Source: Lama glama (taxonomy: Eukaryota). Taken from it: a stretch of 64,000 nt of DNA. Below, piece after piece: positions 27,633 through 39,231 of this stretch. Below the pieces are notes generated by a model, which searched no databases, was not told where the DNA came from, and saw only the letters and a list, made by a program, of their open reading frames with translations. Each line of letters opens with the position of its first letter. The first letter of the stretch is position 1. The translations under genes were made by a program, and so were the position numbers. The stretch is taken from positions 78,494,001-78,558,000 of the forward strand of contig CM052816.1 in the NCBI GenBank assembly GCA_028534125.1. The letters are read 5' to 3'.

Positions 27633-29914
27633 AAAAACAGTTCTGTATATAGATCTTCCCCTTATTCAGTTAGGCAAATCTAAGTGTCCAAATACAATTA
27701 ATTAAATTACACCAATTTAATTACTTTAAATGCTGTCCTAACTTTTCTGGGCTCTGTGTTTTCTTTCTTCTATCAAACTTGCTCAATATTCAGCAAGCTC
27801 CACCCATCTAATGTTTCTCCAATCAGTCCTATATCTCAAAACGGAAATACAATTCAAATTCACATTATCAACAATTGTTTGTTGGGTGTTTACTACGTGC
27901 AAGCTACCACAGACTCAGTATCTAGGAAGGATTATACCATCAATCTTTGCAAACAGCCTTTGGACTGATCCCATTTTCTCAAAAACATGGTAATTAGCAT
28001 TAAAGCAAAATATAGTACCTATTATTTCTTTAGTTAAAAATTCCAGATAGAGTGAAGAAAATGTTTTTTAAGATAGTATCAAATTTTAAGATGCCATTCA
28101 CAAAAGATACCAGGGTTATTTAAATCAATAACTCTAAGCAGACCCCTTTGTTCAAATTAGGGAATGAAGGGAGTAACTTCTTATTCCAAGGAAGAAACAC
28201 TGTAAGGTTATACAAAACCATGAGCAACAATTTCCAAACTCACAAACAAGTAACACAGCTACAATATATCTGACTCTTGTCATTTAAAATGTTTGCATGC
28301 CTAGCAAGTGAATGGTATCACATCCCACTGCATTCGCTTCTTTAGTGTTTTTATCTACAATAAAAGCGAAAATTTTATTCATTTGTTTCCACAGTATAGG
28401 AAAGTCAATTAAAAAGCCCTTCCTTTACCTTTGCTCCTATGTTCGCATTTTCTTCTCAACTCAGACTCTGCTCCTGAACACAGACACATAGTACTGAAAT
28501 GAATGTACACATCCATGAAATGTAGTACTCTAAAAGGCAGGCACAGAAAGATAAAGACTGAGTTCAAACTGTTCTACTCGATACACTGGGCTCTAAGTAA
28601 GAAGTCTTAGATCTTAGATATAATGGAAATGGGTACAGAGGACAATCACATTTAGGCTATAAAGCATGAATGTTATTGCAGATTACACCTTAATATTAAA
28701 TACCAAAGACTGAGCACATGAGCAAAAAGTATCCTAACTCTAAAAACCTCTAAATCTTTTTAAAAATGCTAGAAGTTATCCCATCTGATAAGTTATTCCA
28801 TCTGACATACCCACTATCAGAATCAAACAGTAAGGGAGAGATGGACTCAAGTGGTATTCAGGGAGGTGTTATGAATATCAGAATGGATGAACAATTGGTA
28901 TGGAGATACACAAAAGGAGAAGGGTCAAGCATTATCAACAAGTTTCTAGTTTAGGCAACTGAGTTGATGGTAAAAATATTAACCTACTTCACACAGTTAC
29001 AAGAAAAGCTTTCTTTCTTTCTAGGTGGGAGGGGGGTATGCGTAGGAGGGAACTGAGAGAGAAGTTCAGATTTATATACTACTTTTGAAATTACAGTATT
29101 TATGGGACATCAAGAGGTGCCTGGTAAGACAGCTGAATCTATCTCAGAAGAGTATATTCTAGAGATAGATCTGTGAGCCATCAGCATGTAAAAAAGCCAA
29201 GTGAATAGAAGAAATCAGTAGGAAAAGAGAGTAGAACGAAGGTTAAAGAACCACCTTGGGAATAGCAGTAGAACAGTCATTGTCTCTCTTCTAATGCTGA
29301 AAGTCAGAGAAGTAGTACTATTTACTGAAAACTGGGGTAGAAATGAGAAAAGGGTCATTTTATTTGCCCAACTTTTTTGTTCCCCCCACCCCCTTCTTTT
29401 TTGGAACAGCTTTCTCCCTTGGGTTCAGGAATCTCTCTCATTTGTAGACTCTGTTGCTAGCTCTTTCTCCTCTGACAATGACTGTTCTTCACTATATCCT
29501 ATGCTCTATTTTTAGTATAAACAACAAACATTAAACCCACAAAACGTAAACTCAATGTCTGATGAGTTAGTATTGTACCATTCCTCATTTCTTGTCCCAG
29601 TTTCTAGTGCTGTATGTTCATGATGCTATCTATTTTAATTACGATGAAAAAGAGAGCAATGTCTATTTTACCTGCTTGGTAGAGCACCTAATCCAACAGA
29701 ATTAACTAGTAAAATAAATGCCACTCAATAATAATGTGAATTAAAAGATGTCTGGAGTTGAGTGATAAACAAGGGCAAGAAAAGTATGTCCAATCATACA
29801 GCAGTTGCAAGATCTGAGACAAATACCTAAAACAGTTCGAAGTATTTTTTGACAGGGCAGTACCAAAGTTAAAGAGTATATTAAATTCAATTTCAAAATC
29901 CAGACATCAAAAAA

Positions 29915-30270
29915 CGACTAATACATGCACGAACATGCGTGACTCTCAAAAGCATTATGCCAATGAAAGAAAGAAAGAAACCAGATACAGAAGCCTATAT
30001 ACACACTGTATGATTCCACTTATGTGACATTCTAGAAAACGCATAACTATAGGGATAGAAATTAGATCTGGTTGCCAGGGGCTAGACTGCGGGTAGGAAA
30101 CAGATTATAAAAGGACATAAGGGAACTTTATTGGATGATAGAAGTATCATGTGTCTTGATTAAAGTAGTAGTTACAAGACAATATTTGTCAAAACTCATC
30201 AAACTGTACACTTAACAATAGTGAATTTTATTGTGTAAATTAAACCTAAATACATCTTACTTTTAAAAAA
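29915..30270 (+). mobile_element. Old LINE-1 3' UTR (L1MC/L1ME-like)
   Basis: actgtatgattccacttatgtgacattctagaaaa...tggttgccagggg...tttgtcaaaactcatcaaactgtacactt. Confidence 0.8.
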
Positions 30271-31689
30271 CTCAGTAATCGTACCACTATTTTATTTGAA
30301 TAGTATTTTTAATGTGCTGTAATGTATTTTTCATTACAGTTGACTTATCTTAATTGGTATTATATATAATACTTAAATTAGCAAAGAAAATAACAGCTGT
30401 AATATATCAGTCTTAAGTTTAAAACAAGAAAGTATTTAGATATCTTCCTTCAACAAATCCAGTATCTTACTCCCAATTCTACTGCCCAAGGGGGCAAAAC
30501 AAAAAATCCTTACTATGCTTCACAACCCCAACAGCTAAAAAAAGAACTCTGTTTTAAATTTTTCTTTAATTTATTTTTATACATAAGTTATGTGTATATT
30601 GTTAGGGATATTATGTAAATAAAATGTGCCTACCCAAAAAACAAGAAGCCTCAAGGACATATCTGTATCCAAGAAAATTATATTCTGAAATTAACACAAA
30701 AATGTATTTGCCATTGACTAATCTTAGATTTAGAAATACATTTATGAACTATCCTACAGTTTAATTCTAACTAATCAACTGAACAAAAATGTAATGAATA
30801 CCTACAACACAGGACAAGCACTGTGATGGTGTTACAGACAAAGATGGAAATAACAGTCTCCCTGCTCTCATAGACCTGGTGGTTTAGTATGGCTGACAGA
30901 CACAGGAACAAATTATTTTATCAAGAGACACAAGCAATAACCTGACAAATGCTATGAAATGGAATGGCCAGGGAAACTTTTACTAAAAAGGCCATGCTTT
31001 TTCTTTCTCCTTAAAAACAATTTCTGGTCCTTGAGCTGATGTTTTAAGAAGTAATGCATCTCCAGAACAAAGTAAGAATGCTACACTTTCACAGTTGATG
31101 TCAATGCCTTTTCACCAGCAATATTTTGAAGTTAGGGAGATCTCAGAATTTGAGGCCTTTTAAACTGCTCTAGGTTTCATTAACATTAACAATAAACCAT
31201 CTATATCCACCAAGCTATGTAAAAATTTGCTTAAGGGGAGATAAAGATTGAATGGATGCTGACAGAGAAAGGAAGAGATAAATGAGGAAAGAGAAAGAAA
31301 AGAATAAAAAGATTAGCAGAGTTAAATAAAAGGCATGTCATATATGTCTTTCGGGATAACCTGAAGTAGGCTGTAGCATAAATACTGGATTCTTAATTCT
31401 TTTCTCAAAGGGGAAAAGAATGATAACAGTAGCTTTTAGGCCATTACATTTCAACTTTCAATCTTAGAATTTTTTGAGGCATAGGCAGAACCCTGGGGAA
31501 AAAGCATTATGTTATGTGCACCAATTTAAGGGGGTTAGGCCCAATTTATATTCATGTGAAATTTCAATTTGGTCATACATTACATATAGCCTATACTCAA
31601 ATTATCAATTACTTTAAGTAGAAATTGGCAACATACAATCCAATCAGATGAAGACAACTAAAAGCAGGTTTTAAAATCCTGAAAGGGTT

Positions 31690-31896
31690 AAGATAAGCAA
31701 CAAAGAGATACGGTATGGAACAAAGAATTATATCCATTATCTTGTATTAACCTATAACGGACTATAATCTGCAAAAATACTAAATCAATATGCTGTATAC
31801 CTGAAACTAACACAACATTGTAAAGCAACTGTACTTCAATTAAAAAAATATATATAGCAAGTATGGAAAACAAACAAACTAACATAACAAATAAAA
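31690..31896 (+). mobile_element. Short LINE-1 3' end with perfect 18-bp TSD
   Basis: gctgtatacctgaaactaacacaacattgtaaagcaactgtacttcaatt motif. TAAAATCCTGAAAGGGTT at 31672-31689 and 31897-31914. Confidence 0.92.
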
Positions 31897-32867
31897 TAAA
31901 ATCCTGAAAGGGTTGCCAAGTAGCAGTGTTGAGAAAACTCAGTGATACATTCCTTTACTAGGATTAATTTCAAGGACATATTTGTTTGTAAATAAAAGAT
32001 AAAATATATAATTATAAAATTAATATTTTTAGAGTAAACTATAGTTTGAGTTTTAATAATTCACTAGTGTTTCAAGCATTGTTAGTTTTTAAGCTATCTA
32101 GAAACAAGGACAATTTTTAAAAAATAGTATTCACATAAAAACAAGTACATACGCATTTCCCTGGCACAAGACTAAAGGATTGAGAAGTACAAGTAACTCT
32201 GACACATTAATTCTAACAAAAAGGAATCTAATATGTCAAAATTATGTCACAGCTTCTGAATTTCTCAGGAAACACAAAAGTATACAAAGTTATTTTAATA
32301 AATAAACTAATTAATGTTGCTAATTCCATGTTTTTGCATACTGAAAAACTTTTTCTTTTGTGTCCAAAGGCAAATATATACAAAAGAAAACTTTAAGAGT
32401 TTGGTATATTCATGTTAAATGTTACACACATGTAAAATGGCAAAACAATTTACCTAAATAAATTATGTTGGAAATTTAATGTATTCTTGAGAATATTTTT
32501 TAATGCTTAGTGTTTTTATAAAAAATAAGTCAAGAATCACAATATTATAAAAGTAAAATGACATTTCCACAAGCTATCGATTCCACAGATACAGCATGCA
32601 TATATTTAAACTTCAACAGCCTATTTAAATGTACATTTGTACATAGAAACATTTTGTATATTATATATGGTGAAAATTAAGAAGGTATGCTTTAAAAGAC
32701 TGTAATCAAATAATGAAGTAGTTATTAACTGACCAAAAAAATTTAGAAATTGTCTTATTAAATTATCTTCAGGATCTCTTTATAAGCCACATAGAAAAAA
32801 ACAACTCTCACTACCTTATAATCAAGCCTGCCCTTTTTATTAAGAAAATATTATAAATCTTGAAAAA

Positions 32868-33341
32868 GGCAGGGTGGTAGAATGGAAGGGACATAAGTTT
32901 TAGAATTAGACATATTTCAGTTGGAATACTATCTGTAACACTTGCTAGATTTGTCACCCGGGGACAAGTTTCTTAAACATGATGAGCCTCAATTTCCTTG
33001 TCTGTAAAACAAGAGCATTATCACTAACCTCACTGGTAGTTGGGAGGTTCAAATCACGATAAACAGTGCAGTGGTTAAAGTTGATGGGTAAAGAAAGCAT
33101 CAGCTCTGGAGTCCTTTCTCCACTTTCTCCCACTTGTTAGCTGTGGGACCTTGGGCTAGTCAATCATTCTATACCTCAGTTTTCGCAAATTATCTTAGGA
33201 TAATAAATAAACCGAACTCAGGGATACTAAACTTTGAAGAATTGAGAAAATCCACATAAAGCCCCTGGCACTTTCTGACCCATGGAAATCACCCAATAAT
33301 ATTACATATTACAAAGTGTAAAGCACTCAGCACAGTGCCTG
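32868..33341 (+). mobile_element. Nested MIR within MIR
   Basis: Outer MIR ~32868-33061 resumes at ~33312 (aaagtgtaaagcactcagcacagtgcctg); inner MIR ~33063-33311 starts acagtgcagtggttaaag. Confidence 0.7.
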
Positions 33342-33919
33342 ATCCTCCAAAATTTTAAAACTTAGTTTTTCTAAACTAAGTTCTAAATTACTTTTTACTG
33401 TCTCTAAAACTCAAATTCACCCCTGAAGATAAATATTTGAAATTAAGGATAAGAAAAAGACTATCTCAGAGTCTCTAAAGGAATTTCCATAAGAGTGTAT
33501 ATAATGGCAACAGCTCTGGAATAAGTGCACAACTACCCAAGTTGATGACTTTGAAAGAATCAACATTCTTTGCCTACATAAATATTGGAATTTTAAAAAT
33601 TGGTCATACTAATTTATAGATTCATTTACTATACTACAATTGGTCATAAAAGTTTCTATGAATAAAATCACTCTAAAGCTGAATTTTCCCTTTCTAAAAA
33701 GATGCTTTGACAATTTCAACTCAATTATTTAAAAAAAAGTAAAAATTTCAGATTGATTAAGAAACTCAAAGCTGAATTATAAGACAGTAAAAATTTGCTG
33801 ACTTCCAAATTATTATATTTAGGATATACCGTCTGAATTCTATTTTAGTTCTTTGCCTAAAGTAGACAATTTCCTTGACTACATGACTTGTAAGTACTGA
33901 ATCAACTGAGCAACAAAAG

Positions 33920-34165
33920 ATAGTATTAAAAATGTACTAAACTAGAAATATGGAACCCTAAATCCTGAAGAATGAATCATTTACTAATTATAAGACAACG
34001 GACAATTTTCTGACATTTATAGCCTTAGTTTCTTCATCTGTAAATTGCAGATGATAATTGTTTCTATTTCATGACCTTGTTAGAATTAAATGAGATAATA
34101 TTACAGGAACATACATCCTTAACACAATTTCTGGCAAACCACAATAAGCCCTTAAAATCTAGCTG
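33920..34165 (+). mobile_element. MIR
   Basis: agccttagtttcttcatctgtaaattg...tagaattaaatgagataata. Confidence 0.75.
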
Positions 34166-37100
34166 GCAATGCTATATCAAGAAATGATCTCTCCCAGTAA
34201 TATCACTTTGGGAATAGAAAGGAACATGCCTTGAAACATCTGCAATCTAACAAAACCCAATTCATTAAAATTGACTCCAGATTTACATCAAGCAAAACGG
34301 TACATAAGACAAGTATCTAAAAACACTTTTATTACTTAACTTACTTGGGCAAAAAATTCTGAGCACATGAAATACTCTTTAAAATTACAATCATGGCCTT
34401 AAATAAAGAGACGTGGTTTTTAAAATTGCTTTTAAATTAACTAGAAACACTAAAATCCCACTCAATGTAAAAAATAGTATAAAAGTAAAACTTTCAAGAA
34501 TTGTTATTTACTATTTACTACAAATATAGTTAATTCATTTACATTGCTTAGAAGGGACATGGGTAAACAAATTCAGCCACTCAAACACCAAACATACACA
34601 TACAAGGTCAAGATTTCCAATGTAAAAGTACTATTTTCACAACAGGAAAATAAAACCAAAAGACAAGTACCATATCTCTCTACGGAGATGAGAAAAGCAC
34701 CTTGGACTCAGATAACTGAAAAAGTCACAAATAGTATCAGGACCAAAGCTCACACATTTCTTAAAGCAACATAATCTAATAAGAAAAAAACCTCATTCTC
34801 CTACTAACTCACTACATGAATCTATACAAATCACGTGGCCTCTGAGTGTCAAGTTTTTCATGAAAAAATGGAAATCATGATGGTCATTTATTTCACAGGG
34901 AAATGAGAATATTTATAAATGAACTCAGGTCACCTTGATAAAGGACCAGTTTAAAAATAGAAAAATAATTATTAATGACAACTGCTAAAAACAAAAAAAT
35001 TTGTTCAAAAGTATATATTAAAATTACTTTTAAGGTTATATAAGACCATAAATTACCACCAAAGCCAACTTAGTATGCTCAGGAAATTAAAATAAACATA
35101 CCAAGTAAACACTTAATTACCAGGCTTCTGTAAAGTTCCTAGTCAGTAATTTCCTACTCATTTTACAGCAAATAAATGTGATAAACAGAACTGAAGTTGC
35201 ATTTCTCTAAAAGGAATTTTTATTTACCTCAGTCTCCCCAATCATTTTATATGAAACTGAAATCTTACATCATTTTTAAATTTCAGAATTACTTACATTA
35301 CTTACACTTAAATTATGCTTATCCTAATAAGTAATAGGGTGGGAAAAGTTAAAAGAAACTATGTAAAACTCAAACTCTTTAGTTTTAATTTACTCTTGTA
35401 TTACTAATTTTTTTACATCTTATTTTGAGTGAGTAAAAAATACAATAGGGTATGTCAAAATATAACACAGATGGGTTCAAATGTTTCTATAGCAGTCTGA
35501 TGATGGACTGGTACCAAAAAATTAAATATGAAATTAGTTTAGGAAGCCTTAGAAAATACATGCTTGGGCTGGGGAGTCTGGCTCCAAATAAAGAAAATTT
35601 CATGTATGAATTGGTATAGCTTTGTTCATGATACTGTTGAAATTTAATCATCACTATGCAGAAAACCAAAATTAGGTTTACTATCACACTGAAAACTTTC
35701 ACTTTTCATCCCCAAAGAGAATCTGAAATAGTCTTCCTTTCTTCAAATATAATTTTTTTCTTCTTAAAAGTGGACAGTGTTATAATGATCTCTAACGCAG
35801 GTTCAAAAGCTTTCAAATAACTTTAGCAAACAAATTTGTTGAACAGCTTTCAAAAGGAAGCATCCTATATATTTGCCTCAAAACACTAAAAACAATTAAG
35901 TATTTAATATTCAACTTTAACTTAGTTTACTAGACTTTCATGATATACTTTAAAATTGTTTTCTTTTCAAGTAAGTATTATAAGTTATTGATAATTGTGC
36001 AAACTCAAGAAAAATAAACCATACTGTTGAAATTTCTTTCAGGTATATCAGGAAATATTTCTCCAAATAATATAACTAGCATTGTAAGATTTCTGGAACA
36101 CTTATAGTTGTCTCCTTTTACTGAATTAAAAAGAAAAAGAAAAAGAAAGAAAGAAATACAAGATTAGCCACTGGTGACTGTCCCAACCAATACAGGGGAG
36201 GTAGAGAAGACTATTTATAATTTCTAGGGAAACACAAATTATTCCTTCCAACTAAGTTATCAAAAATGTAAAGTACAAGTTTAGGTTTTACTCCACTTTC
36301 ACAATGTCTTCTTTAAAAATACCAATTTAATTGGTTTGGCCAAACAAAAAACATTTTCAATCTACTTTAAAGAAATATTTAAGCTATTTTAATTAAAGTT
36401 ATCACACCACCTATATTACTTACAGATTACTACATACGTAGAGTTAGGAAAATAAGATCTGTAAGAACTAATTCACTTTAATTCCAAAGTTAGAATAAAA
36501 AAAAATCACATAGATATCTAACATACTGATATAAGAAAGCTCCCTTTCACTATAAAACTCTAAAAATAAGTTGCTCCCCTTGATGAAAAACTAAGCAAGC
36601 AGACCTCCTCTTTCCATTACCTTTAGCAGAAGTATGTTCATCCCTTATACGTCTCAGTATTTTATTTAAATAAAAGTTGTAAAGACAATCACAGGTTCAT
36701 AGAAGGACCTTTTAAACATTTATATTGACGCTCTTACCCCGCCTCCCACCCCCAAACCTTCCGCTGAAGATGTGAACTGTTCCTTCCTTCAGTATCCTTA
36801 CCCCCTCCCCATTCGCAAGCCCCCCACCTAGTGTAGGCCTGAGGCCCTGTAGAAAAACAGTGTCTAACAGGAGCAGGCAGCACAAAGACAGGAATGGGAG
36901 ATTAGTGGGAGGGAGGGAGGCCGGGATTGGGGCTCAGCAGGAGCTTCAGGCTTTTTAAAATTCAAACTGCTCCCTGACCAATACAAATCACGGACACGCT
37001 ACTGACTACTACACGGATTTATAGCATTAAAAACATGCCTAGTACGTGACAGCTATATTAACTTCACTCTTTTTAACATTTATCCATACGTTTGCAGGAA

Positions 37101-38592
37101 ATGTGGAACAGTTTATTTTAAGCAGGGTGCTAAACTCAAAAATAACCTTCAGAAAAGTTACTTGGTCTACAACGACAATAATAATTTAAAAAGAGACACA
37201 AAAAATCCGAACCAATGTAACACCCACTAATAAAACAGGGACTTTGTTGATCAGTGTTGCTTCATTTTAACCAATGAAAGTATTATTTCGCTAAATATGA
37301 GACAAAGTATCAAAATAGTTTAACGTAGGAATACATTTATTTTTCTATGCAATTTGTACGGCTGAGGAGTTTCAAATTGGTTGCTTTTCCCTTATACCAA
37401 CCTACATTACCACACCTCCATAATAAACAAGCTCTAAACACTTAACTTACTCGTGAACTAGAATTTGTTAAGATAGAATTGATATTTTTTCCCAGCATTT
37501 ACAGATACATTTGACCTATTAAAATGACACCTCTCTCGTTACACAGTCAAACATCATGGGCACAAACAGCCAATGACAATCCTGGGACCTCAAGATCTGC
37601 CCTGACATGAAAGGATGGCACCTTCTACATTTTTTTTTTAACTTCCCAGGGATTTTTAAGCATAACTTAATTTCTATCCTTTTAAAGAAAATTGGTTTTA
37701 CCTGTATCTCAGAACAATTCTCAGAACATTTAAAATTCTTTTTAAGCTCCTACATGTTTAGATCAGGAAGTACCTCAGTGTTTTATGTACAGTCGCTTAA
37801 AACTGATCTCATATAACTCATACAAATATAAAGTGGCAGGGTAAACCTGTCAAGTACTTTATACTTGTCTTTGTATAAAAAGCCCAGGTGCAACACTGTC
37901 AAACAACAACATAAAAGCTCTCTGCGTGGGTGGGGGGGGGTCATATGCAGTGTCTACCACACTACGGTTTTCCATATTAAATATTCATGTGGACGATTTG
38001 ATTCTTTTCAAAAAGAAAATGAGTCTTGATTAACTTTCCAACGTCCAAACAAGTTTTAAACAGGAAAAGAATTACCACTGGATCCGTGTCTGAGTATTTA
38101 CATTTGTCTCACTAACTGAAACTACTTCCTCCCTTCATGGGGTCACAGGGGGAAGAAGGGGGGTTGTTTGTTTCACTGGGACGTTCCCCACTCCCGGACC
38201 AGGAAAGTTGTAAATATGGGGACGACCAGGGCACATTTGCTGTTAGTTGTATTGTTTCCGCCTCCTCACTAGCTACGGCTCTTCTCCCGGGCGAGGCCTG
38301 TCACCGACCAGCAGTAGCTCCGCTCAGCCCGGAGCTCTCCTAATCCCCGAGCTCAAGTAGATTCCGCTGGCCCGCGGCCTGCACTCTCCGCCGGGCCTAC
38401 GCCTCCCCGGCCGCCCGGCAGGAGCCCAGTCCCCGCCACCGGAGCCGGCCGGGAGAGGGTACAAAACCACCGCCACCCAGGGCGGCTGCCACCAGAGAGG
38501 AGCGAACTCTAGACTCGCCCGTGGAGGAGACCTGGGGCCGCTAAGGAAACGGCGGGGAGGGGAGCGAGGAGGAGAGACGCTGAGGACCTGGC

Positions 38593-38614
38593 GCCGCCGC
38601 CGCCGCCGCCGCCG
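38593..38614. repeat. (GCC)7 trinucleotide repeat at the start of NIPBL intron 1
   Basis: gccgccgccgccgccgccgccg read directly. Confidence 0.95.
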
Positions 38615-38635
38615 AAATAAAGAGCAGGAATTTAC

Positions 38636-39060
38636 CTGGGCGAATCGGCGTCTGAATCCAAGGGGAGGCCGAGGCCGCTGTGGCGAGAGACTATAATCCG
38701 GGCCGGGAGGGGGGGTGGCTACGGCTCCTCTTCCGTCTCCTCAGTGCGGGGAACATGTAGAGCCGGGGGGAGACCAGCCGAGAAGACAAATCGCTGCTTC
38801 TTCTTCCTCCTCCTCCTCCTTCTCCCACATAGAAACACTCACAAACACCCGACCGGGGGCCCGAGCTACCGGGGGGGCATCGCCGCCGGCCCGGGAACAA
38901 ATCCTCCAGTCGGCGGGGGCGTCCCTCCCTGCGGCTTGGTGGTGTCGGGTGAGTCGGTACCGACGGAGGGAGGGGGGGGAGGGCGGGGGGGAAGGAGCCC
39001 TGTGTGTGTCTCTCTCTCGTTCCGTCTCTCCCTCTCAGAACAAAATGCCGACCGGAAGTG
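38636..39060 (-). other. NIPBL: NIPBL exon 1 (non-coding 5' UTR exon)
   Basis: Minus strand reads ...CTTCCGGTCGGCATTTTGTTCTGAGAGGGAGAGACGGAACGAG...GGATTCAGACGCCGATTCGCCCAG|GTAAAT, which matches my recollection of the human NIPBL 5' UTR. The donor GT is at 38635-38634. The 5' end (TSS) is approximate. Confidence 0.9.
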
Positions 39061-39174
39061 CAGCTGCAGGAATGACTCCCTCCGCCGGCGCCAAACACTA
39101 ACAACCACCCCCTCTTCCCCACTCCACTTCCGCCACCGCCGCGCCGCCGCCGCCACTTCGCCTCGCGTCCTCGG

Positions 39175-39231
39175 CCGCGCCGCACCGCACCGCACGGCAC
39201 CGCGCTGCGCCGCACCGCACCGCACCGCACC
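39175..39231. repeat. (CCGCA)-type pentamer repeat, 11 imperfect units
   Basis: ccgcg ccgca ccgca ccgca cggca ccgcg ctgcg ccgca ccgca ccgca ccgca. Confidence 0.93.

Larger units (their letters stand above)
1..38635 (-). other. NIPBL: NIPBL intron 1 (partial; exon 2 with the start codon lies beyond the left edge)
   Basis: Follows the CAG|GTAAAT donor. The sequence is repeat-rich, and I did not see the NIPBL N-terminal coding exon (MNGDMPHV...) in the window, consistent with the known very long first intron. Confidence 0.85.

Noticed and set aside
33359..33382. Hairpin AACTTAGTTT-ttct-AAACTAAGTT
   Set aside because: 10-bp AT-rich arms are plausible by chance in 64 kb of AT-rich sequence.
963..37816. 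Numerous 60-107 aa ORFs in intron 1 (and similar ones in 41-60 kb)
   Set aside because: F/L/I/K-rich translations typical of random AT-rich or repeat DNA; none resembles NIPBL or another known protein.
38486..38506. CTCF-like CCACCAGAGAGGAGC in the CpG island
   Set aside because: It has an extra base relative to the core spacing, and such near matches are expected by chance in GC-rich DNA.
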